From a virus (taxonomy: Duplodnaviria > Caudoviricetes): DNA of 37,977 nt. The stretch covers positions 1-37,977 of the IMG/VR virus record IMGVR_UViG_3300037760_000162; one strand, given 5' to 3'. The first letter of the stretch is position 1; the number at the start of each line of letters is the position of its first letter. Position numbers and translations under genes: made by a program. Shown here piece by piece: positions 27,701 through 33,887 of the stretch. The notes beneath the pieces were generated by a model. The model was not told the origin of the DNA. It made no database searches and saw only the letters and a list, made by a program, of their open reading frames with translations.

Positions 27701-28031
27701 GCGTCGGGATACCGACCTTGATGGCCGTCGACATGCTTTTCGCCGTCTGCTTGCTCGAGATGGTGGCGATCTTCTCGAGGTTCTCCGCCCCGACTTGCTT
27801 GATCACCTTGTACGCGTCCTTGATCTGGTCGTCGGTCCCTTTCAGGAATTTCTCAAGCTCAGCCTTCTTTGCCTTGGTCAGGTCCTCGGTGCTTAGCCGC
27901 TTGACCAGGCCCTTCTTGGTGTCCTCCAAGATCTTGACCACCTCGCCGCGCCATCCGGCCTCAACTCGGAGGAGGTTGAGCGAAAACAAATTCGCGTCGC
28001 TCAAGAGCTTGGCCGCCGTGTTGTCGCTCAT
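24723..28031 (-). CDS. MuF/SPP1-gp7 minor head protein with intein and C-terminal kinase-like domain
   Basis: MuF motifs 'IVRTA...W.SVLDSRTT.ICR.L.G...HWQ|CRS' are split by an intein. C-terminal 'LLGAGGESIVF...VTK...IITQP...SDVKPAN....G....IDF' is a kinase signature. Directly after the portal. Confidence 0.9.
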   Translation of the reverse strand: MSDNTAAKLLSDANLFSLNLLRVEAGWRGEVVKILEDTKKGLVKRLSTEDLTKAKKAELEKFLKGTDDQIKDAYKVIKQVGAENLEKIATISSKQTAKSMSTAIKVGIPTLTAAQLTAVAKGPAIEGSPMEAWWNGQELSTQRRIKGAIQQGIALGEPMEEIRKRIQGTKVKNYKDDIVEPSKREAQAIVRTATQSIANSSRIATIREQGDLVKAIQWSSVLDSRTTIICRALSGKLWDLDLKPIGHTKAFPGVLAHWQCVLASQCIDTHGQEILRGYTRDYVGPFVTIKTAGGKELTVTPNHPILTTKGFVTAGGLVEGGDVISEFVPTKGAIPRSREFYQQHGPALIEEVTGALQESSDFVTVSEIIRGIDFHGDGAEGEVAVISTHRDLGHEAETTLSEKRPQGGFLWADEIRALGAFYRLLLQLVGVMIEPLVRGRTPFTTGLIARYFPGVFHRFGFVADPNVSLPKPTIERAKVASNVGNDRSIVLARLKSFHRDFLGVLSKASSSARGYSGGVEVLPNAVLSEVELAHKILDRDFGEIQADKIISLRRWEGRGRVHNLETTLNFYSAQGIVAGNCRSTQNPVTYSWKELANKKVDAAAAEANPDKPHPEKKKITFEQAFEKHLKAQGFNETEISQIKPNTKASMDGQVSTDLSHDDWLEGKGDAFARKALGPGRYALWKEGKLTLKDLTDQDNRVLTIAQLEAAVDAGGFPPETEGVFPAPAPLPTFFPSKAQINLVKQAEAKAAAEKAEKALADIASGDSTQRRRDALERLNQEQPGLAASDPVQALEIVEAKAEADQVAAKLGAAKEKILAGKKLSASEQATIDGLTAEERSNWDASIKDALAARASEAKLRDAEAEKESLKAIVEELGGDPAMGAEVLPGGIPGDAEGARGGRPPTRSAEEFRSSLNGPQIEAAITDAFQRDPDIGRNLASRIDSMLGFEEAGKGNLRLLGAGGESIVFETPGSDRVTKAVFGAALGRYGFTVEDNELAPATLDQFLERIRLFEGEFKSGIEVEALLDNGRAVIITQPRYDGLAPSPDELISFMEAAGWTPIEEGPLSWTKGDLVASDVKPANAIKLADGTIQAIDFVMTRRK
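26292..27254 (-). mobile_element. Intein (321 aa) in the MuF gene
   Basis: Begins with Cys (CVLASQ); block B 'LTVTPNHPILT'; block F 'GRVHNLET'; ends 'GIVAGN' before a +1 Cys. Removing it restores HWQCRS. Confidence 0.88.
26310..27209 (+). CDS. Antisense-encoded HTH + Vsr/DUF559-like (PD-(D/E)xK fold) endonuclease nested in the intein
   Basis: Two HTH-like repeats (LVRLY...DLMRQFHLTKHGVWKHLHAAGV; ERFQSGENYRSIIADIGCDLGTFYGWLRKRNIRVR), then 'SPQETTLRSLLAERGL.F.PQ..VGRYNCD......AVEIYS...R..Y..DQGWTMLLI'. Possible true start GTG 26346. Confidence 0.78.
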   Translation: MRTVKVECRFKIVNATPALPPSEADNLVRLYLAKVPIKDLMRQFHLTKHGVWKHLHAAGVTPCRRTRFAKNTQEIAVERFQSGENYRSIIADIGCDLGTFYGWLRKRNIRVRDKSEAMKYAWEIASDETRRKWRSTSNKGFNHDPDQLEQQAIKRAQRSDFISPQETTLRSLLAERGLCFVPQVAVGRYNCDLSLGPVAVEIYSSDYFRYGNKIGGFLKRTRYFLDQGWTMLLIEFSRPRNGAFCWDKLADYVAAFYESARRDESLRGKYWMIRGDRQLLTPRGFDGYERTHVVPSVAP

Positions 28032-29503
28032 TACGCCGCGGCTTCATCCTCGGTCGGCTCAGGGACCGGGGTCGGAACGGGTGGCGTTAGGACTCGCGCG
28101 GTCGAAAGTGCTGCCTCCTCGTCCTCTTGCGTCCAGCCGTCCGGGTACAGCTCCCCCTGCTGAAGCTGATAGTAGAGGGTCGGCCACGAGATCGTGCCGG
28201 TCTGGTAACCGGCCACGAGTGCAGCCAGTTGGTCCGGTGCGATCGGTGTCGCCGAGAAGTCAGTCGACAAGACAAGGAACGTTGTCTCGGCCAGGTCCTC
28301 CGGTGTCGCCGCCGCGCCCATCCACCAGGCAGCAATCTGCAACGCTATCGAGATCGATGCGCTCGTGGACTCCGCCACGTTGACCAGCACGCTCTGCTCA
28401 GCATCATGCCTGATCCGGACCGTCTGATAAGCCTCGGCCGCCGCCTTCTCCTGCTGCAAAAGTCGCGCCCCTAACGTCGCCATTTGTTCCTGCTTTTCGA
28501 TGATCGCCAGTCGCAGCTCGGAGAGGCCCGCGCCGGTGAACTCCATGTAGCCGCAGCTTGCTTTCTCGTTGGGCGATGTCCACGCCTCGGTTGTCCCGAT
28601 GGTGAGCACGTCTTTGTCAATGTCGACGCCAAACGCCCATGGTGTCGGCAGCCCAGCAACGTGCCGGCCATTCTCGAGATCGGCGCTTGTCCGGTAGTGG
28701 CTGAGGTTGATCTCAGCCAGGTCAAGCATGGGGATCGGCCCGCACTCCGGCACGTTGCCCAGCAACCCATGAAAAACGAACGGGATAAATCGGAGCGCCT
28801 CCCCCCGCCGGCGAATGAGCACGGGATCGGTGGACTCCGGCACGGCGAATCCCTCGACGACCACGATCGTCTCCATCTCAAGGCCTGCGTCGCGCAGCCG
28901 ATAAATCCGGAAGGTCTCAATGGATTCGTGCTCGAAGGTGTCCTCGTTGAGCCGGTGACCGCGCTCGCGCAACACCAGGAGCGTCAGCTCGTTGCGCCCG
29001 TCAATCCGATCGATGTGCCAATTGACGATGTCCTCGGCCAGATAAAAACTGAAGTAGGGCCGGCCGCCCTCCTCGGTGGTCCAGTCGATCAGTGTCCCTG
29101 CTCGCCCGGTCGATCCGGCCTCCCGAAGACTCGCCCTGATGTAGTCGTTGAGCGTCGATCCCCGGGCGTCGATGTCGCCGATAATGTCATCGACACTCGC
29201 TGTCTCCATGTCCGGCGTCTTGCGCATCAGGAGCCCGGTAAAGGCTGCCAGCGTGCGGCCAGTCGCGCCCAGAAACGTCGCCCTCTCCTTGTAGCGGTTG
29301 TAATCGCCGGTGGCCTGGCTGTTCAGGCTCGGCAGGTATTTCTTGCCTGCGGCCTTGACCGCCTCGGCCCCAGCCACGACATCCCGGACCTTTTCCCAGC
29401 TCGAGATGCATGCCTCATATTCCGGGTGCCGGGCATCCTGCCTGCTTTGGGTTGCATGTCCGGTCGGATTCGCTGGCCCGGTCCCTCTCGCTGTACGGTT
29501 CAC
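28031..29503 (-). CDS. Portal protein (DUF4055-type)
   Basis: 'HPEY....W..VRD..AG...VK.AG.KYLP...Y..Y..RA.F', 'Y.AEDI.NW', 'IPF.F', 'LA.INL.HY..SAD'; directly upstream of MuF. Confidence 0.92.
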   Translation of the reverse strand: MNRTARGTGPANPTGHATQSRQDARHPEYEACISSWEKVRDVVAGAEAVKAAGKKYLPSLNSQATGDYNRYKERATFLGATGRTLAAFTGLLMRKTPDMETASVDDIIGDIDARGSTLNDYIRASLREAGSTGRAGTLIDWTTEEGGRPYFSFYLAEDIVNWHIDRIDGRNELTLLVLRERGHRLNEDTFEHESIETFRIYRLRDAGLEMETIVVVEGFAVPESTDPVLIRRRGEALRFIPFVFHGLLGNVPECGPIPMLDLAEINLSHYRTSADLENGRHVAGLPTPWAFGVDIDKDVLTIGTTEAWTSPNEKASCGYMEFTGAGLSELRLAIIEKQEQMATLGARLLQQEKAAAEAYQTVRIRHDAEQSVLVNVAESTSASISIALQIAAWWMGAAATPEDLAETTFLVLSTDFSATPIAPDQLAALVAGYQTGTISWPTLYYQLQQGELYPDGWTQEDEEAALSTARVLTPPVPTPVPEPTEDEAAA

Positions 29504-29510
29504 GGAGTGG

Positions 29511-29539
29511 ACGATGCGTCATTTTTTGCCGCCGCACAA
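29511..29539 (-). promoter_or_regulatory. Promoter for the portal/head operon (probably leaderless)
   Basis: TTGTGC-N17-CATCGT-N7-GTG. Confidence 0.5.
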
Positions 29540-29672
29540 GCACGATAAAACTGGACAGCGGGCCGCCGAAGTGATTGGATGGATTAACGGGCGGCGCAGG
29601 TGATTGCCTTCCGGCCCGTCAGCCAAGAGGCGGGCCGGTCCAATGGTTGCCTCGCACGATAAAAACCCTGGA

Positions 29673-30248
29673 CTAGGCAAGCCCTAAAGCCTCCTCCGCA
29701 GTTATTCCCTCTTGCCGCATTTTCTGGCTAATTATCGCAGGGTTCACATCCATCTTCCGACAAGCCTCAGCCAAAGCGACACATCCCCAAGGAGTTTCTA
29801 CCTTAGTGTTCGAGCGCTTGTTGCATTGTTGCTGCTGCCGTGTAGCCCAACAACAATTCCCTGGGTCGTAACCCTTCTCGTTGTCTCGTCTTTCCAGCGA
29901 GTAGTCGCCAGGAGGCCTGGGGCCCATATCCTCCAGGAATGCCACAAAGCTGTTCAGCCAGCGACTGCACATTTTGATCCCCCGTCCGCCATAGTCAACC
30001 CATTTGGGGTGCTCTGGATTAGTGGTTCTTTGCTTGGCTGAAATCCACGCCTTATATTCAGGGTGTTGTTTCCCGTTTGCCCAGGTAATGCCAGTATTTT
30101 TAAACGGCTTAGCCAAAGCCTCTTCAAGAGACATTCCCCTTCGAAGCCTTTGCCGAAAAGCTGATTCCGGAATCGTATTAGCTTTAGCTGTAGCCGAGAG
30201 GTTGACACATCCGTTTTCCCGACGCACTATCGTCATGTTCGTCTTCAT
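29673..30248 (-). CDS. Free-standing HNH homing endonuclease
   Basis: 'EY.AW...K.R..NP....W.DYGGRGI.MC.RW..SF..FLEDMG.RP....SLER.DN..GY.P.NC.WAT..QQ..NKR'; start reassigned to ATG 30248. Confidence 0.9.
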   Translation of the reverse strand: MKTNMTIVRRENGCVNLSATAKANTIPESAFRQRLRRGMSLEEALAKPFKNTGITWANGKQHPEYKAWISAKQRTTNPEHPKWVDYGGRGIKMCSRWLNSFVAFLEDMGPRPPGDYSLERRDNEKGYDPGNCCWATRQQQQCNKRSNTKVETPWGCVALAEACRKMDVNPAIISQKMRQEGITAEEALGLA

Positions 30249-30256
30249 CTTCGAAC

Positions 30257-30296
30257 ATCCTGGCCCCACGTTCTTGACCTGTCAAGCGTGGGGCCA
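30257..30296 (-). promoter_or_regulatory. Promoter of the HNH gene, embedded in a palindrome
   Basis: TTGACA-N17-CAGGAT-N8-ATG; the -35 box lies inside the inverted repeat TGGCCCCACG..CTTGAC/GTCAAG..CGTGGGGCCA. Confidence 0.6.
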
Positions 30297-30299
30297 TTT

Positions 30300-31040
30300 T
30301 TTGCCCAACCTCCTCACACAGGCCCGAACAGGGACGTGAAAGTTCTTGTGCAGCCTCACGCCAAAGACCAACCTAAGGGGCAATGGGCATAATGGGCATG
30401 GCGGTCTTTTCTTTCTGCGACACCACTTCCTCTTCCCTTTACCAACGCAATCGCGCTGAATCTGTCGCCAAGGCCAGGCACCGGCAGCGCGATTTCACCC
30501 GGTCCCTTTCGCGGGCATCCGACCTATCGTTCGTCGGGCAAACACGAGATGATCAAGCGCCAATCCATGCTCGCGCCCGCAGCCCCCCGTTGGCTGCGGA
30601 TGCCCGCTTTGTGTAGAAGGAACGATCCTGACGCCCGGGCAATCCGCCTGGGCGTCTTGGTGTCAGGCCGCCACAAGCCTGGACATCGGGAGGTGGACCG
30701 GGGGCCGGTTCTGGCCGCCTTCGGCATGGGAATGCACCCCCCCCGCCCCCCAAAGCGATGACGAATCGATTGGGTGAATAATATGGCAGGGGAGCCCCCT
30801 TTGGCACGCACTTTGCCCGGTGCCAAAATGCGTGTCGTTACCTCACGCACCCGTGTCGGACGCTCTATCAGAGCCTTTTGGCCGGTAGCCCGATTAGAAC
30901 CGGAGACTTCCCCCGACCCCTTCCAAAGAAAAAGGCCCGGGGACATTGGGGAACCCGGGCCTTCGTGCCAGTTTTGAATCGTGGCTCGATCATTCGCCCC
31001 GAGGGGCAAAGCTTTGACTAGTTTCCCAATGTCAGTCTGC
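30300..31040. ncRNA. Candidate large structured non-coding RNA or replication-origin region
   Basis: About 750 nt with no convincing ORF and many 7-11 bp inverted repeats (see findings). Family and strand not established. Confidence 0.45.
30925..30963 (-). terminator. Terminator/attenuator hairpin whose loop is complementary to upstream sequence
   Basis: AAGGCCCGGG-TTCCCCAATGTC-CCCGGGCCTT followed by TTTCTTT on the minus strand. Confidence 0.65.
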
Positions 31041-31352
31041 TCTCAGGTTTGCTCCTTTTTGGGAGGAAGTAAAGCTATAATTGCACTTTTCCCGAAGCCG
31101 GACCGTGACCGGCCTGCCTGGTCTCCGGTCTCGCGACACTACCCCGTCCCGTCGCAGGTCGGTCACGATACAGTGCACCTGCATGTTGGCCATCTCCCGT
31201 GAAACGTTCTGGTTTATCAGCCCGGAATTCCAAATCAGGTCGTACAGCTCCCGCTGCGGTGCCGGGCCTTTCTGGATGCAATCCAGGATCACCTGCCGTA
31301 ACCCAGCAAGGTATTGGCGGTGCGAAGCGGTTTGTCGTGGGTGGCTGCTCAT
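31032..31352 (-). CDS. Hypothetical protein, possibly winged-helix
   Basis: Start at ATG 31352 (ATGA overlap); 'ILDCIQKGP....ELYD...VTDLRRDGVV' resembles a wHTH. Confidence 0.55.
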   Translation of the reverse strand: MSSHPRQTASHRQYLAGLRQVILDCIQKGPAPQRELYDLIWNSGLINQNVSREMANMQVHCIVTDLRRDGVVSRDRRPGRPVTVRLREKCNYSFTSSQKGANLRAD

Positions 31353-31585
31353 TTCGCTCGCGCCTTCTGCCAGGCGTAGCCCTTCCGGAGGGCTTCCCGC
31401 CAAGACTTTGACTTCCCTTTCAACTTCTTGTCATATAGAGCGCTGTTCGGTCGCCCGGCCAGAAACATTCGACGCCCCTCCGCAAAGGCTGCGTCGATAC
31501 TCGTCCCGAGCGGTTCAGCCGGGGCGGTGCTCAGCGGCTTCGGATGCCGTGGGCCTTGATAGATTTCGTCAGGTTCTTCTCTCAT
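31349..31585 (-). CDS. Small basic protein, weakly Rmf/CrpP-like
   Basis: 'AFAEG...F.AG.....Y.......W.....GY' pattern. Confidence 0.45.
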   Translation of the reverse strand: MREEPDEIYQGPRHPKPLSTAPAEPLGTSIDAAFAEGRRMFLAGRPNSALYDKKLKGKSKSWREALRKGYAWQKARAK

Positions 31586-31588
31586 TTC

Positions 31589-32059
31589 TCATTTGTATTT
31601 TCGGTGGTGTTCACGGTGGTGGGCTGAGCAGAGCCAGCGTACCTCCATAGGCTTGGTGTAGTCGTCGTGGTGCGCGTGAACGCCCACGGTGGTGCCGCAT
31701 TTTTCGCAGGAGCCCTTGACCAGCCGGCCGGATTGGATCGCCTTACCGACGGCACCGTGCGCTCGCATTTTCTCCCGGTTCCTTCTGCGCCATTTTTGGC
31801 ATGCCTCCAGTCGACGCGCCGGATCGGGATTGTGCCGGCCCTCCTTGATGTATCGCACCGTTTTCTCCCGGTGCCGGGCTGCCTCCTTGGCCATCCATTC
31901 CGGATCTTGCTCGAGGCGCTGCCGCCGCTCCTCGGCCTGCCGCTTGCAGCACGTCTTGCATTTATTGAGGTGCCCGTCGGCCATTTGCGGGTGCTTGTAA
32001 TAATCGGTCAAGGGCTTGGTTCCCCTGCAAGCGATGCAGTCTTTAGCTGGCTCTAACAT
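31589..32059 (-). CDS. HNH endonuclease with N-terminal Zn finger
   Basis: 'C..C...KPL..YY.....DG....CK.C' and 'CEKCG....HAHHDDY.KP.EVRWLC..HH'; start at ATG 32059. Confidence 0.85.
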   Translation of the reverse strand: MLEPAKDCIACRGTKPLTDYYKHPQMADGHLNKCKTCCKRQAEERRQRLEQDPEWMAKEAARHREKTVRYIKEGRHNPDPARRLEACQKWRRRNREKMRAHGAVGKAIQSGRLVKGSCEKCGTTVGVHAHHDDYTKPMEVRWLCSAHHREHHRKYK

Positions 32060-32063
32060 AACC

Positions 32064-32546
32064 CTAAAACGGCACGTCGTCTGACTCTTCATCATCATCC
32101 TCAAAGTATCCCGCCTGCGCGTTGGCTTCCTGGACGTTTGTCGCCGCAGGCTTGGCCTGCCGCTGCATCGGCCCGCTCGTGGCCGCGGCCGCCTCAGCCC
32201 TGACATGCGAGGCGTCCTTGCTCTCGCAGAGCTGGAATGTGTCCACGACGAAGACGCACTTTTGCCGGGCCTGCCCCGTGTTCTTGTCCTCCCACCGCTC
32301 GTTTTTCATGTGGCACTCCAGCCAGATGAGGCTGCCCTTGCCCGAGTAGTTGGACAGGTTCTCGGCCGTCTTGCCCCAGGCGAGGATGTCGAACCAGGCC
32401 ACCTCCTCGGCCTTTGCTCCCGCCTTGTCCTTGTACTTCCTGGACACGGCGACCGAGTTGTTGAGCACGGCCGTCCCGTTGGCCGTGTATTTGAGTTCGT
32501 GGTCCCGCCCAAAGCGGCCCCCTATCATTATTTTATTTACATTCAT
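32064..32546 (-). CDS. ssb: Single-stranded DNA-binding protein
   Basis: 'MNVNK..I.G..GRD.EL.YT..G.AV...AV...WF....WGKTAE......KGS' and an acidic tail ending DDVPF. Confidence 0.95.
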   Translation of the reverse strand: MNVNKIMIGGRFGRDHELKYTANGTAVLNNSVAVSRKYKDKAGAKAEEVAWFDILAWGKTAENLSNYSGKGSLIWLECHMKNERWEDKNTGQARQKCVFVVDTFQLCESKDASHVRAEAAAATSGPMQRQAKPAATNVQEANAQAGYFEDDDEESDDVPF

Positions 32547-32551
32547 GGCGG

Positions 32552-32815
32552 CTAAATATGGCTTCCATTTTCTGGCGCGACTGTTTCCGGGTCGGCCGGA
32601 TCGTAGCAGTGCATCGAGCCGTCGTAGCAATCGAAAACGGCGTTAATACGCCCTCTTCCGGCCCCGCAGAATTGCACCCTGGTTGGCGCTCCCTCCGGGG
32701 CTGCTTTTCGCTCGAAAAACTTCACCACGGGGAAATGCGGTTCGGCCGTTTTCAGCTCACAGCTCGGGTAGTTGTCTGGATTGTGGTCCAGGTGTTTGCA
32801 TGGGATTAATTTCAT
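32552..32815 (-). CDS. Small Cys-rich hypothetical protein
   Basis: MKLIPCKHLD...VQFC...GRIN..FDCY....CY; the start lies 7 nt after a predicted -10 box. Confidence 0.6.
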   Translation of the reverse strand: MKLIPCKHLDHNPDNYPSCELKTAEPHFPVVKFFERKAAPEGAPTRVQFCGAGRGRINAVFDCYDGSMHCYDPADPETVAPENGSHI

Positions 32816-32822
32816 GGCGGCT

Positions 32823-32929
32823 AATATGGCTTCCGTTTTCGCCCTTGTCCACGCGCCTTTTCTGTTTCGGTAAAAAAGATGCGATTCTTTCATCTTTTAA
32901 GTTGCGTCCGCGTGTATCCGTGTCATTGT
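32823..32929. promoter_or_regulatory. Divergent promoter pair with an operator-like palindrome between them
   Basis: Minus: TGGACA-N17-CATATT-N7-ATG. Plus: TTGCGT-N16-CATTGT. Inverted repeat AAAAGATG...CATCTTTT at 32874-32898. Confidence 0.55.
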
Positions 32930-32975
32930 GTTCTTGTCGCCGATGATGGCGACGCCAACCAAAACCAACCAACCA

Positions 32976-33140
32976 TGAAGCTCCTAAATTCCCTCAAAAT
33001 CCGCCTGATCGCCAGCCGCTACGCCGCCCTGCCAAGCGGGCGCCCCTTCGGTCCGCGCCCGGATCGCCCGGAAGCGGGCGCTCGAAGCCAACGCCCGCGG
33101 GGAGGACGGCCTGGCGGTCCTCTGGAACCTGCTCGGCTAA
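32976..33140 (+). pseudogene. Small gene apparently disrupted by a +1 frameshift
   Basis: MKLLNSLKIRLIASRYAALPSGRPF continues in the +1 frame as ARIARKRALEANARGEDGLAVLWNLLG*, which stops exactly where the repeated hairpin starts. Confidence 0.4.
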
Positions 33141-33142
33141 TC

Positions 33143-33200
33143 CCCTGGCAGGTGTCAGCCCCCGGTCAGCCCGGGGTCTGGAATCTGCCAGGAATCAGCC
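33143..33200 (+). repeat. Intergenic hairpin repeat, copy 1
   Basis: CCCTGGCAGGTGTC-[variable stem-loop]-GGAATCTGCCAGGAATCAGCC. Confidence 0.85.
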
Positions 33201-33225
33201 CGGTAGCTACCCAATCGACGAAACA

Positions 33226-33315
33226 ATGAAAATCCTCAAACTCACGCTCCGGAAGCTCTGGAGCCTAATCAAGGACGCCTGGGCGATCATCGCCGGGTTG
33301 CTTTTAATCAGCTAA
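33226..33315 (+). CDS. 29-aa cationic/amphipathic membrane peptide
   Basis: MKILKLTLRKLWSLIKDAWAIIAGLLLIS*; below the ORF-track cutoff; fits between the repeat and the next gene. Confidence 0.5.
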   Translation: MKILKLTLRKLWSLIKDAWAIIAGLLLIS

Positions 33316-33320
33316 TCGCC

Positions 33321-33542
33321 ATGAACGCAATTTATGAAGTTCCCTCCCTGGACCTCGGCACTGGACGTGCCGGGGGCCTAATGGAAGTCACGGTCTCCTC
33401 CGGGGATGTCGTGGTGGTCCAGAAACAAATCGTCCCCGGCACCAACGACTCCCAGTGGGTGGTCTCTGAGAGTCGCTTCCCTCGCGCCTTGTGGGAGCAA
33501 CACAAGGCGTCGCTTCTAAAAGGGGCCAAGCGCGTCGGCTAG
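33321..33542 (+). CDS. Hypothetical protein
   Basis: 73 aa; its stop abuts repeat copy 2. Confidence 0.65.
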   Translation: MNAIYEVPSLDLGTGRAGGLMEVTVSSGDVVVVQKQIVPGTNDSQWVVSESRFPRALWEQHKASLLKGAKRVG

Positions 33543-33601
33543 CCCTGGCAGGTGTCCGCCTCGTCCCCTCGGGCGAGGCGGGAATCTGCCAGGAATCAGC
33601 C
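33543..33601 (+). repeat. Intergenic hairpin repeat, copy 2
   Basis: Same outer arms as 33143-33200 with a different inner stem-loop. Confidence 0.85.
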
Positions 33602-33624
33602 TGCAGCCAAAACCAAAAACTACA

Positions 33625-33840
33625 ATGATTATCGAAACCACTACAGGCAGGATGGAACTCGAGGACGATGCTCCCGCCTCGTTCGACGACATGAACGACA
33701 TTGCCTCGTCCCTCATGGACGAGGTGCAATTCGCGGCCTGGTGTGACAACCCGGACGATGGAATCGAAACCGGCAATACAAACGCCCAGGTTAAAGAGAA
33801 GCTGGAGGAATGGGTTAAACACCTCACCTCCTCCAGCTAG
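33625..33840 (+). CDS. Small acidic hypothetical protein
   Basis: 71 aa, Asp/Glu-rich, A/C-rich leader. Confidence 0.65.
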   Translation: MIIETTTGRMELEDDAPASFDDMNDIASSLMDEVQFAAWCDNPDDGIETGNTNAQVKEKLEEWVKHLTSSS

Positions 33841-33887
33841 CCCTGGCCAGAAACTCTACAGTCTCATCAGACCTACCGTCTCAAATC

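Noticed and set aside
27517-29548. Plus-strand ORFs of 288 aa and 354 aa over MuF and portal
   Set aside because: Antisense shadows with no recognisable motifs.
29540-30900. HNH gene as part of a group I/II intron or a HEARO/IscB element
   Set aside because: No interrupted host gene, no recognisable intron core or RuvC motifs, and the HNH has its own promoter. A covariance-model search would be needed to exclude it fully.
30524-31009. 161-aa minus-strand ORF in the structured region
   Set aside because: Pro/Arg/Gly-rich, non-ATG start, runs through a terminator; more likely incidental, though not excluded.
33143-33601. Hairpin repeats as a CRISPR array or integron attC sites
   Set aside because: Only two full copies, 400 bp apart with genes between them; no RYYYAAC/GTTRRRY ends; no cas or integrase gene.
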